Shown: piece by piece, positions 13,201 to 36,795 of the stretch
Layout: each line of letters begins with the position of its first letter
Position numbering within the stretch: the stretch's first letter is position 1
DNA from: Owenia fusiformis
Taxonomy: Eukaryota
DNA: 64,000 nt
Direction: 5' to 3'
Assembly: GCA_903813345.2 (NCBI GenBank)
Contig: CAIIXF020000001.1
Coordinates: 44,764,001 to 44,828,000, forward strand
Translations under genes and position numbers: made by a program
The notes under the pieces: model-generated
Databases searched by the model: none
What the model saw: the letters and a program-made list of their open reading frames with translations, nothing else
Told to the model about the DNA's origin: nothing

Positions 13201-15188
13201 TGCTGGTCGGGGGGGCAGGTTGTTCCCAGTCAGGTGAGGTATCTGGTTGAGTCCGATTGTGTTGTGTGGTTGGTTGTGCCTGATCGTTAAATGAGGGGTG
13301 GTGGCGGGTTGTGCCCGATTATGTTAATATAGGTGGTCGGTTGTGCCTAGTCGGGTGAGTTTATTTGGTTGTGTTCGGTTGTGTTGTGTGATCTCTCTGT
13401 GTTGGGGTTTTAGTTTGGTTGTTTCTGATTGTGTTTTGATAGTTTGGTTTGGTTGTGTGGTTGTGCTAAATTGTGTTGTGCTAATTTGACAGTGGGTTGT
13501 GTTCTTGGTAATTGTGAGTTCAGCTGCGTTCTAATTCTTCAGACAATGGTTGTGTTGCGTTGTTGGTGATCTTATGGGTTGTGCTTGGTTGTAATGGTTG
13601 GTTGTGGTAGGTTGTATATTGAGTAGAAGGTTGTGTTGGGTTTTGGTGTATCGTGGAGTTTAGATACAAGTTAGTGGTTTGGGGTATTATAGTGTAGGTA
13701 TATTCGTTAATTCTTAGTAGAGTCAATAATTAAATGTATTTGTGTTCATTATTAGTATATGCGATAGGTTTGGTACCTATTCATACATAGTGAGATCTCT
13801 GGTGTGAGAAGTGCACCTGGTATGATGGGCGTTAGCCTTGCGTTGTTCATTGGGTTTGAAGAGGTAGTTTCTTGTTGTTCTTGTCTCAGTATGCGGCAGT
13901 TTAGTTCGGCGCTTCTGTTTATATAATATTGCGCGGACGTTAGAGAACAAGCTTCCGGTTTTTGGAAATGCCTGGAAAGTGAACGACTTGCTCGGACTTT
14001 GTTTCTTGCCTGTTTTGTATCTTTTATAGTTTCCGTTGTGGTGCGTCAATTCAGATGAAATTTGTTACATCTTATTAGTTAGGCTTTGTAGAACATTTCG
14101 CTCGTGTTTTAGTGTTGGAGGTTGTGGTAAGAACACGAATTCGACGATAATGTTCCATTTTTGGTGTCTTCGAACTGTGATTTCGTGCAATAATTGATTC
14201 TGTTGACAATGTTCCTTGTCAGGTACAGGTAACATTGTAAATGGTTTCATTTTGTAGCGGGGGTTTGTGGCTACATTTTGATGTATAGTTTTATAGGTTT
14301 TGATATGGGTTTGGTGGTGTATGCGAATGTTTTGGTTGATAAACAAACACAGTTTGGCGCCGTGGGTTATGGCATTGAGATACGCAATTGATGGATCCTG
14401 AAATAAAAAATTATGTCATCCTTTAACGCTTTCCTATATCCGTTGGAGTCTGGTCTCTGTATCAGTCTTCAGTAAACCTAAAATAAGAATACTGCAATGT
14501 TCCATGGTGGCGTTTTTTAATTACAGGCCGTGTAGACCATTCTTGCTTGACTAGCAAAACATTGACTTTCGGACGTTTGCGGCATTTCGCCTTTTACATC
14601 ATATACTTTAATCCTAGAATACTTACAATATTTTACCATACCGTAAGCCTATTCATTTGGCCATTCAATCGTAAACTAAATTTTGTCTTGAAAAAGTAAA
14701 TTTTCCAGATTTGTTGAAATTTCTACCAGAATTTGTCTGCTCCCCCTCCGTCCAATTTTTACGATCACCGGCCATGGGATTGAATAAAAACTCACTCCAT
14801 GTCAAAATACAAATGGCTACAACCAATAACAACAGTCAATAACATTTAGATATCTTATAACAACAGACAGGGCCGTCCATATATTCATCCCATTGAGTTA
14901 GCTTCATTCCCCGTTTCAATTAGCTTCATTCCTACGTCATCACTAACTTCAGTTAGAGTCATTCTAAGTGAAGCCGTTTTCTTTCAATTTCTCTAATATC
15001 GCGGGTGCGTGAGCCTTTATTTGTGGTTGTTTACAATCATATCTTTTTTAGTTTGCATGGCGAAACTTTTGGGATCAAGATTCAGCTTGGTTTGGCTGTA
15101 ATTGGAGATTTATCGAAAACGAACGAATTTTGTCCACCATCTTGAATGAAGCTAACTGCAGTTAGAGTCATCCAGTTGTGGAACAGTG
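10222..15188. mobile_element. Transib-like non-autonomous DNA transposon (about 5 kb) with about 240-bp TIRs
   Basis: CACTGTTCC...GGAACAGTG termini. TIRs 10222-10461 / 14949-15188 differ at only about 3 positions. Perfect 5-bp TSD ATAAT at 10217-10221 and 15189-15193. CAC..GTG termini with a 5-bp TSD fit Transib. Confidence 0.8.
11560..13690. repeat. TG-rich low-complexity tract containing a tandem duplication of about 820 bp
   Basis: Degenerate (GGTTG/TTGTG)n pentamer texture. 12032-12852 is repeated at 12853-13670 with high identity. Confidence 0.9.
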
Positions 15189-18100
15189 ATAATGCTCCGG
15201 GGTTTTCCCAAAATTAGACAATCCCAACCCGTGCCTAAGGTTGCAAAACTTTTGGAGAGAAGTGTTACTTTACTATTTTTATCTACTGGTCATATAAATT
15301 GAATATATGTTTCTGGTTTTTGCAATAAATTTTTCCACAAATATTTTTTGGGGGAAATCGCGACCGGGGGTTCGTCCGAACCCATTGAACCCCCGGTCCC
15401 TACGGCTATGTGGTACATAGTTTCGTTGCCTATTTCCCAGCCCAATTATAATGGAGGCAGTGTATTTCCCTCCCACTCCTGGATCTGATGGTACACTCTG
15501 TAACTGTGGTATTCCGCAGCATCAGAAAATGGAGGAAGAACACGGGGCTGCAATAATTCAGATCCTGCTGCTCTCTTTTAATAGAATTTTAGAAGCCTAA
15601 GATAATTTAGGGTTTCACCATTTTTCCACCATAAATTGACAAAAGAGCATGTTCCTCTGCAATGACAGAGTTGCTTGCATTTCACTGGTTTTCTACTTGT
15701 TTACATTGTAACAAAATGTCGGAACATCGAAGGTTTGATTTTTCTTTTTTCTTTATTTCACACATTGTAGGCAGAATTCCCACAACATTGTTATCACAAA
15801 CATGTATCAGTATTATATGTTTAAAAATGTACATATTTGCGAACAAATAGTTCAGAAGACAACAGAATCTTCGATTTAATTCCTCACTTAAGTTACATAA
15901 ACGGTATTTCGATAAACAATTAAGATCTGCACTTTTAACCCAAACTGTTTATTTAACTTAAATAAGGAATTAAATCAACAATTCTGTGAGAAAAAAACAT
16001 CGTGGGGATTCTGCCTACAACGCGTGAAAAAAAGGAAAAAAGAAATATCGTACTTTCGACGTTTAGACATTTTGTTACCGAAACGACAAGCGTAATCGAG
16101 CGGATCACCAGTGCTTTTGGTAATTTAAAAACAACCGCTTGTTTTCTCAAGAACTCACTCTTTTTTATCTGCCTCAATGATAGACTCTTGTCGATGCCAT
16201 ATATAACCTGAATGCGATGTCACACCCCAGAAAAGAAACAAAATATCGTCACAGACCACTTTTCCCAAAGACAATCTTATTTCATTTATATTCCAACATT
16301 TTGTTTCTTGAGTTGCTGCTTTTGGTTCAGGTTTGAAGAAAATGTTGAAGTTTGTGTTTTGTGCATGATAAATGAGAAGCACAAGGAGATCTGTATGAGT
16401 ACTGTATTTGAGGTTTGGACACTTTGGATTGCAGTTTTCACAATCACAATATCTGCATCCGATTCTGAATGCAGCGCATGTACACTCAATGTTTTCCAAC
16501 CTGACAGACAGAATTACCATCATTCCTATGCACTGAAATTATATTAATGAAAGACTCCCCAGATATCTGAGATTTTAATGTTCTCTGTCGGTTTAAATTC
16601 CGTTTAATAACCATAAATTCGTTTCTACAGCATTATACATCCAATTGATAGTTCCATAGTAATGTACTCTTATGTAATGATTTATTTATCTGATGAATTT
16701 AAATATATGCAAATTTTGTAATTGCGGATTGTAATTAATAATTTAAACAATATTAAATTCCACAAAAACTACAACTTACATTATTTAGATAAGCCTAGTA
16801 TAGAGCAGTTATCAAATACCCTAATATCAGAGTGGTGATATGTAATTATTCATCAAATAAAAGTGAGGTCACCTTAACATTTCACCTGGTGCAACTAATA
16901 ATTCCTATTTTTCATACTAATAAGGTATAAACCTTCACAAAACTTGTATTTTAGATGATGACAAGCCTATATAAATGATTTAGATGTCAACTCTAATACA
17001 AATGTGATGCATTGTGGGAGTTAATCATCAAAACTATAGTCTCCCTTATAGTGGGCGGGGCAAAACTATGAAAATGAAATATTTTTTTTCTTCTTAAGTA
17101 TACACCTTAGAATTCTGACACTCACCAAATATGAAGTTCATATGAATATGTAACACCATAATTTTTTTCATGCTTTTCTGACTAACTGATCCTAAAATAT
17201 CTAAATAGATATGTGATAACATGCCTGTTTTGTGGCCTATTTTGTTATACTTTGGAGTCAAATGACCAATTACTGGTCTCAAAATTGATTAAAATGATAT
17301 TTTAATTATTTGTGAATGTGTGATCTATCATAATAAAGCTTGAATACTTGACTAAAGTATTCCATTTGGGAAGAAAAAATTGTTTCCTACCAATACTCAA
17401 TTTTGGGGTAGGGTTGTAGGGGGTAACTAGGAAGTGAAATTTCATATTTGTCCACTGCATACATTTTTCTATATTTTTGATATGTTTTTCAACTGATATT
17501 AATACATAATATAAGACTAATTTAAAAACTGTTGCAATTTTTGGGATGTTTGGGCCTTTTATGAGCCCATTTGCTTGGCTTATTGGTCATCTCGACCCTT
17601 AGTCAACTCGACCCCACCATAAAAACAAATAGATGTACCTTTCATGGTATGATATTGAAATGAATTTTGAAAAAATGAGGGACTAAAAGGATAATATTCC
17701 AAAATAAAATTATCAACTAGTTATGATTTTTATAAATATGACATTTATTTACCAAAATAATATTTGATTAATCTTAATAGGGCTATTCACGATGCTATAC
17801 ATATATTTCACCCTTTCATAATTGAGCTTGTTTTATCTCTCTGAAACAAAAAATTATAATTGTAAATATAATTATTCTATACACTTTTCTGATATACCGA
17901 AATTGTTGCAACAGTATTTTTTGACAACTTACTTTGTATTGAATGATTTTATATTTTGATAATAATAATAAACAATATGATATAGTTCAAATCTTCCTTC
18001 TGATCTATAGGTGATAGAAATGTTTTTTTAAGTAACATTTTAAAACAAGACTGAACAAACAATGGGATTTATGTTTTTCTATTTTCCACTATCTTACTCA

Positions 18101-20967
18101 TATGTCAGGTGTCATTAACAATCAGATTGGGATTTTATGATCCAGTTCAAATCTTCGTTTTGATATATAGGTGACAGAAATGTTTTTTTTTGTTTGAAGT
18201 TAGATTTCAAATCAAACTGCACAAACAATAGGATTTATGTTTTTCATTATCTTTAATCATATGTCAGATTTATTTTTATCCCAGATTAACACCTTTCTAT
18301 AATCTTAATCTTGAATAATCTTCAATAAGTTTTCATGAAATCATATTTTTTCCTGTTCAATGCTTTGTTTGGGTAAATGAATTGAATATCGTATTTACCA
18401 TACTTATTTCTTAGTGTATCAACAGCGATTTCAATATTCATTTCTAAAATTATCTTTAAATCAAAAAGTCTATAAAACAGTATATTTCCTCAATGTAATA
18501 TTTTTTGAATTAGGGAAGAAATTGCATTAATCAAATAGGATTCAAATAGGAAAGTTTACCTTTACCATAATTTTCTATTATTCCTTTAATAAATCATATA
18601 CTATCAAAATATTCATCGAAGTACTATTTAATGAAATATTATATTGTTTTAATCTACTTAAAACAAGTAAAATCATTGGGGTCGACTTGACTAAGGGTTG
18701 AGTTGACCAAGGGTTGAGATGACTTGGGGTCGAGTTGACTAAGGGTCGAGATGACTTGGGTCGACTTGACTAAGGGTCGACTTGACTTGGGGTCGACTTG
18801 ACTAAGGGTTGAGTTGACTTGGGTTGAGTTGACTTGGGGTTGAGTTGACCAGGAAGCATCACACCAAACTAGTTCTTACCCGTTCTTGCCAGTCCTACGA
18901 AAATGTCGTAAAACGGGCTCAATCTTTCGTTCGTAAACAGTCTTCAATACGTCCATCTCATTCGCAGTTCGTTCAGGTCGCACCACGTCGGTGTGCAACG
19001 TAGTATAAACTGTCCCTTAGTCTAAAAGGTCATCATGACCTGATTACAGAACGGTATGGTCGCCATCGAATTTTGAATCGAATCAAAATTCTAAATCACA
19101 TACCCCGTCAGGGAAAGTCCATAAAGTTCGTAAACAGACCGTAGAACGTTGTAGCTACGTTCATTCAGTTCGCACATAGTTTAAAACCGATTCGGCAACG
19201 TTTTGACGATCACCAGAAAATTTTGAGCATGCTCTAAGTGCTGGAAGACCTACTCGTTCTAGCAGTTTCATGACGTTTGTAAACAGATCCCAAACGGGTT
19301 TTAGTGGGTTCTTAGTACGTCAAATCCGTTCGTGCACAGTTTAAGCCCGTTTTCGAGAACGTAGTGAGAACTAGTTTGGTGTGATAGTAGGGTTAGTCAA
19401 GCATGTTGGGTGCCCTCAGGTTGGGCTTGTGAAAAGCTAGTTTCAATTACATCAGCAGCTTATTTTGAAAGTAATTTTGAAGATGAAAGTCAAGGTCAAA
19501 TCATGTTTGGAAATTAATTTTCAAACATGGAGTACATGTAAGGGTATATAACATCCCTTTTAACGTAAGCACAACATATCTCTCTTATGAAAAAAAAGAA
19601 GAATCAGCAAAAACTGTTTTGAATATTTTAATTGAGTTGAATTGAATGTAATTTCAATTCAAAAAGGTGGATTAGGCCCCGGGGATTGGGCTAGAAATGA
19701 AGTCAACACTTGAAGTTCACTTTGGCGACACCTATTATTAGTCAAAAGAATAACGACATATTGACTTCATTAAGCCAATCAAAGATATCAAAGGGAATGG
19801 TAGAGGGCATCCTATGCGTGGTCAGTTATCTTTCTCAGATTTATTTATGAAATAGAATGAAATGGATAGTTATCTTTGAAGTTTGGCCCATATATAGTAA
19901 TGGACAATAGTGTAATGTTATACTTGTGTACATTTTAATCATATGCTAAAGTTTAAAGGGATATCCCATCAATAACCTTGCCCATAGAATCCAGGTGTGC
20001 CTGACATACACCCAGTTGAGCTAGTCATCTGAAACTTCGTGTGGAGTTGCTCCATGGAGTCTAGATTTAATGTGCCAAAGAACAAGTCAGAAATAATGCG
20101 GACAAAAAAGTCATGCAGGGTGGCACTTTTTTGTGTCACCCTGTACCTTCCATATTTAGCAGAACATGAGAAAATCCTTTAATATGGTCAAAGGCAGCTT
20201 ATTCCTTTCATCAAACATTACAGTTTTAAACATTGGTTCACTTGCTCATTTCCCTTCATTTTAACCACTTTTTATGTTAAGATAAAAAGGAAGTGAAGGT
20301 TTCTGACAATATTTTCATTGGATAGTGTCTATCCAATACTATAATAGCTTTTAGAAAAAAATATACCACAAACGCTTTTACCCACATTTAGATTGATTCA
20401 ATAGTGCCTCAACGACTCAATAAATTCATTCCTAATAGAATAATTTCTCAATTCCTGTAATTTTTAGTTTAAACAATTGCATATTCAAATTTACCAAATG
20501 CAGGTACTAGAATAATACAGGTATTCATATATGCAAGATTTGTCAGATATTTGCATCGAATAATGGCAATTATGGTAATACTTTGTATTAAATACTTTAT
20601 ATTATGTGGGTAGGAGTAACAGGTAGACTTTTTGATCTCTGTTCTTTTTGCACAATCTATATGTATCAGTCATATGAATTATTCACCAGCAGCACATATA
20701 GCTACAGTGATAAAGGATGTCCTTGATTTGAATAAGAATGTCCAACACCTCCAACAGACATGAATGGCAAACGCAATACAAAAGCAATATATCCCAATCT
20801 TCCTTTAAGCTTCACTTTATATCTATAAGTTATTTGTAAAGCTACAACACATTAATTTAATGTGCAAATACATCGAGTTGTCCAGAAAAGTAATTTTTAT
20901 CTATGCCCACATTCTAAAATGGTAAAATTTTTAATAGCTGAAATGTAGATTTACATCTTCCAATATA

Positions 20968-21516
20968 CAGGGTGGCTCAAAAATCGCCACTTTAATTCAA
21001 AATGATATAACTTTTTTAATTTTTGATCCAAAATCATGATTTGCATACCAAATGAAACTGGAAGATGCAATCTAGCCATGAATTATGAATTGTACACTTT
21101 TACTTGAATAAAATGTCGCCAGCGTCTCACTTTAACATGTGCCATGAGAAATGAACAGAATTTGCATAATGTTCCTGAACTGATACGGCCTGATGACCAC
21201 CGAGCTAATAGTCCTGATGTAAACCCCAGTGAGTATAGGTTACCGGAAGGTCTTCAGGAGATGGTATAAAGGCACCCAATCTCAAAAATGCTCAACTAAA
21301 GCTGGCAATTAAGACAGGTTAAAAGAACATCAACATCTCATTGATACTACTATATCAGCATGGTGACTAAGACTTAAGGCTATCATCAAAGAGGGTGGCG
21401 GACCAATTGAACTCCTCTTTTATATCAAATACAATCCAAGTTGAAGGACTTATTATATTATTTTATTTTTTAGGACCCCTGGCACTATATAACTGGCATT
21501 TTTTTGGCCCACCCTG
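20968..21516 (+). mobile_element. Internally deleted Tc1/mariner element with transposase remnant
   Basis: TA|CAGGGTGGCTCAAAA ... TTTTGGCCCACCCTG|TA. Degenerate '*PP-ANSPDVNPSEY' (WPPNSPDLNP motif) near 21194-21236 and C-terminal 'IIKEGGGPIE'. Confidence 0.75.
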
Positions 21517-21637
21517 TATATGCATCTTGCAATTAACCATATCAAATATGGAGATTATTGAGAATAAATTTAGAGTTCTAGCCATGTCGTAGCACCATTT
21601 TATCATTAAGGGATGTAATTTCAAAAATGACAACTTA

Positions 21638-22281
21638 GAGTCAATACGTCCAAATCCAAACAGGGGGGTAAACACGAACGGGTTCCAAACAATGGCAAGC
21701 AAATCATTGAATTGAATAATATTACCTCTACTACCTCTACATAATATTTGTAGCCTAAAAGATACCATATAATGATGTATAACAACAATCTAACAATAAA
21801 ATAATCAATTATGATGATTTAGGTGTTCGGAATTACCCCCATGCTCGTGTTTGGAATTACCCCCACAAACCATATGCCTTTCAATCAATAGATATCACTT
21901 ATAAATTAATTAAATTTGGGTTTTTTGATATGCAGGGGTGACAGGATCCAGTATCATAAGTTCAGGGTATCATATAATGATATACCATCAATCTAACAAT
22001 TAAAACAATTAAATTTAAGTTTAGTGTTTGGAATTACCCCCATGTTAGTGTTCGGATTTACCCCCCAAAAATACTCCTGTTCGGAATTACCCCCCTAAAA
22101 TACCTTGTAGTAAAAATGGTATAACCCAGATTTTTTTTACAATTTTTCGTAATTTTTTCGGCAAATGCATTCTACAGTGTATAATACACATAATATATAT
22201 AGAATCATACCATAGATGTGCAGTACAGCCAAGCTAACTACATTTTTTGATGGGGGTGTTTGGAAATAGACGTATTGACTC
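21638..22281. mobile_element. MITE with GAG...CTC termini and internal ttcggaattacccc subrepeats
   Basis: gagtcaatacgtccaaatccaaaca is inverted with tgtttggaaatagacgtattgactc. Confidence 0.6.
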
Positions 22282-23375
22282 TATAGTCCTCTGAAATTGA
22301 TTAAGAAATATGTGGATTCTCATATTTGTTTCTATTGTTGAAATGGGATCAAGTGATCACATTATAGGAGAATCACAACAGTAATAATGTACAAACAAGG
22401 CATTAACATGCAATATGTCTCCACCTGCCATTAGTTACAGACGCTGATAGCATTTGTTACAGATGCTGAACGCCAACTGCCAAACATTGTCCACAAAAAA
22501 GTTGGAGACTAATAATAGAATATACAATAACATAAAGTTAGTTTAAGTATTTAAGGAATCATTGTGGCGGTTCATAATTCATAACCTATCAGCAAGTACC
22601 CTTTACTACCAATTAGTGTATGTTATTCAGGTATTACATATGAATATATGTTTTTTACTTGCATATCCATATATATGTATGTATTGTATGACTGTAAATT
22701 GTGGAAAAATAACAAAATACTTCATTCATAAAAGTTTTTAATTTCACCTCAGCGAGCATACACACTGCTCAGCAGCACATACAACATCCTCCTAAGCAGG
22801 TATCCAGAATCTGTACCTCCCTCTTCCCCCTCCTATCACCAATTTGGAAGCGCCCGATTAAACTGAATCACGTGATATAATTATGCGCAATGACTTATAC
22901 ATGATTTCTGTTGCAGTGTTGTGACAGCCAATCAGATTGCGAGTTTTTAATCGGGGAAATGCTAACTGCTTATCACAGGGGGTAAAAAGGAAGAATATAT
23001 TCTGGATTTTGAAGCCCTGTGATTGGAGGATGCACATGCAATAGCAGTACATACTTCTAAGATAAAGCAAAAAATAATTAAATAGTACAAAAATTGCATT
23101 TTTTATTATTTATTAACATAACATTATTTTTAATGAGTTATATAAATATTCTTTACCAAATTGAAATATAAAAGTAAGTTTACAAATATATTATACAGTA
23201 CATAAATATTCACTGTATAATATATAGATGAGTACATTTAAGCATTACATTTTTAATTACTTATCAACATAACATTATTTTTAATGAGTTACATAAATAT
23301 TCTTTAAGTTTACAGATACACTATACAGTATATACACTGTATTTGAGTATACAAGTATGGTATATGAGACCATAT

Positions 23376-25095
23376 GAGCTAGGGCACAGGAAAATGGGTC
23401 TTATAACATTTTTTCAATATTTTGATATTGTGTTCATATTAAACAAGACACACAGTGATAAATATCGCACTTTGAAGAGCAAACTGGCCACCATGCAATT
23501 TACCCAGCATGGCCAAAACCTAATCAGACCGTGGCACTAGTCTGCTCTTCCATATGTAAACATTTCAAGTTGACAAGGTTAGCGGTTTTCCTGCAATTTT
23601 GATGACAAGAATTTATTTGTAGTCTTGAACTTTGGGAAAGTTTAGATAACATTGTTTGTGACCTAATTTGATGACCTTCGACCTTGAAAATTTTACTTTT
23701 TCAGACCTCAGTAGGTCTTTTGTAATTAGCTGACCTAAATTTAAATCCAAAATATCAATTTAGAAAATCAAATTTTTTACCTTTTCAAGGCCACTGAAGG
23801 TCAACAAAACTTTTCAAGGCCACTGAAGGTCAACGAAAGGTCAAATCTGAAATCTAAGGTCAGATTTGAACTTCTGAGAACTTGTAGATGTTTTTAAAAA
23901 AAAAATTTGGTCAATTTGGAGCAAGTTGAAAAATTCAAAATGGCCGCCAAATTAAAAATTCAAAATGGCCACCATGTCATTCAGCCAGCATACCCAAAAC
24001 CTAATCAGATCTTGGCAATAGTCTGTTCTTGCATCTGTTAAAATTTCAAGTTGAACGGATAAGTGGTTTTCCTGGAATTTTGATGACAAGATTTGTTGAA
24101 AAATTCAAAATGGCCACCACGTAGTTTACCCAGCATGCCCTTAACCTAATCAGATCTTGGCACTAGTCTGCTATTGCATGTGTAAAAATTTCAAGTTGAA
24201 CAGGTAAGTGGTTTTCTTGGAATTTTGATGACAAGAATTGATTTGTAGTCTCAAACTTTGAGAAACTTGGATAACATCATTTGTGACCTTGACTTTCGAC
24301 CTTTAAAATTTCACTTTTTCAGACCTCAGTAGGTGTTTTGTAATTAAGCTGACCTAAATTTAAATCCAAAATATCAATTCAGAAAATCAACTTTTTTGAC
24401 CTTTTCAAGGTCACTGAAGGTGAATGAAAGGTCAAATCTGAAATCTAAGGTCAGATTTGAACTTCTGAGAACTTGTAGATGTTTTTTAAAAAAAAATTTG
24501 GTCAATTTGGAGCAAGTTGAAAAATTCAAAATGGCCGCCAAATTCAAAAATTCAAAATGGCCACCATGTAATTCAGCCAGCATACCCAAAACCTAATCAG
24601 ATCTTGGCAATTGTCTGCTCTTGCATCTGTAAAAATTTCAAGTTGAACGGATAAGTGGTTTTCCTGGAATTTTGATGACAAGATTTGTTGAAAAATTCAA
24701 AATGGCCGCCACATAGTTTACCCAGCATGCCCTTAACCTAATCAGATCTTGGTACTAGTCTGCTCTTGCATCTGTGAAAATTTCAAGTTGAACAGGTAAG
24801 CAGTTATCCTGGAAATTTGATGACAAGATTTAGTTTATGTCCCGCCCGCCCGCCCAAACGCCCGCCCAACAGCACAAGACGACGACAATATAGCACTTTT
24901 TCAAAGTGCGATAAAAACACAAAGAGACCTTTCAAATGAGCCATAGCTTATGTCGTAACAATTTTTCCATGCAGATATAGACCAAAAAGACATATTTGAA
25001 TTGAGCCCATTTTCCTCTAAATCTTGGGCACATTTTTGGCTCTGGAGCACAATTCTAATTTTTGTGATAAGACCGGTTTTCCTATGTTAAGGCTC
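23376..25095. mobile_element. Sola-like MITE (GAG...CTC, ATAT TSD) interrupted by a Helentron-like element
   Basis: ATAT|gagctagggcacaggaaaatgggtcttat is inverted with ataagaccggttttcctatgttaaggctc|ATAT. Confidence 0.55.
23442..24917. mobile_element. Non-autonomous Helentron (HINE/DINE-1-like) element with internal tandem repeats
   Basis: Begins AACAAG and ends ATAAAAA. Perfect 14-bp subterminal IR tatcgcactttgaa (23463-23476) / ttcaaagtgcgata (24900-24913). Terminal stem-loop, (CCCG)n microsatellite at about 24841, and an internal duplication of about 600 bp with shorter subrepeats. Confidence 0.65.
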
Positions 25096-25658
25096 ATATA
25101 AGTACCTTTACAGTTAAGTTATATTACGTAACATCCACATGAAAATTGCATTGATTGATATATGCTACACAACTGTAAATCATGATTGGTTTTTCTCTCA
25201 AGATTCAAGATACTCTACACATAAAAAATTGTGTCATAATTTGAAATAGATGAGGCAAAATCCACATCAATGAGGTTAAAAATTACTCAGCATACCAAAA
25301 ACATTCACTCCAGAATTTTCAAACATAAAGCACCCTGATTTTTCACACAAGATTTTGCAGTGGCTACATTCCATATTTATAAATATGCTTTCTACGTCCC
25401 CGCAGCAGTGTATGTGTAAACATACATGTGACGTAGGGTTGTTTTTGTAACCAGCTGATTGAAACAGAGGTAAATTGAGCCATATTTGAGCAAACTGAAA
25501 ACATATTTTTGACTTTTTAGTTTCAATAACTCGAAGCTAAATTGTAAACTTATAGGCACCATATGGGTTGATTTCTGACACAATTTGTCCTGTCTCTGGC
25601 AATTTCACAAGAGGCATTGTCTGTTTCAACATAAAAAACTATTAAAATAGGCACCATA

Positions 25659-36795
<11,137 letters not shown>

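Larger units (their letters stand above)
3993..17582. mobile_element. Academ-like DNA transposon (degenerate, 13.6 kb including nested elements)
   Basis: Termini TAGGCTAGGCAAATGG ... CCATTTGCTTGGCTTA, with long diverged TIRs (about 3993-4330 vs 17225-17582). 3-bp TSD TTG at 3990-3992 and 17583-17585. TAG-type termini and 3-4 bp TSDs are Academ hallmarks. Cys-rich remnant near 16430-16490 (-). Confidence 0.7.
3842..18857. mobile_element. Foldback-type non-autonomous DNA transposon (about 1.4 kb own sequence) with TIRs built from tandem subrepeats; Mutator/Phantom- or Merlin-like
   Basis: TIR made of 16-17-bp agtcaactcaaccc(c/tt) subrepeats at 3842-3992 (resuming 17586-17615) and its reverse complement at about 18678-18857. 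Perfect 8-bp TSD ATCACACC at 3834-3841 and 18858-18865. Confidence 0.85.
3826..19393. mobile_element. Outer MITE (about 550 bp when reconstructed: 3826-3841 plus 18866-19393), split by a 15-kb nested insertion
   Basis: Rejoined left TIR acccccctatcacacc|aaactagttct matches the reverse complement of agaactagtttggtgtgatagtagggt ending at 19393. Flanked by TA (or TAA/TTA, Harbinger-like). Confidence 0.75.

Noticed and set aside
11930..13726. Several Thr/Gln/Asn-rich or Val/Cys/Leu-rich ORFs
   Set aside because: They are by-products of the TG-rich low-complexity duplication and contain no recognisable domain.
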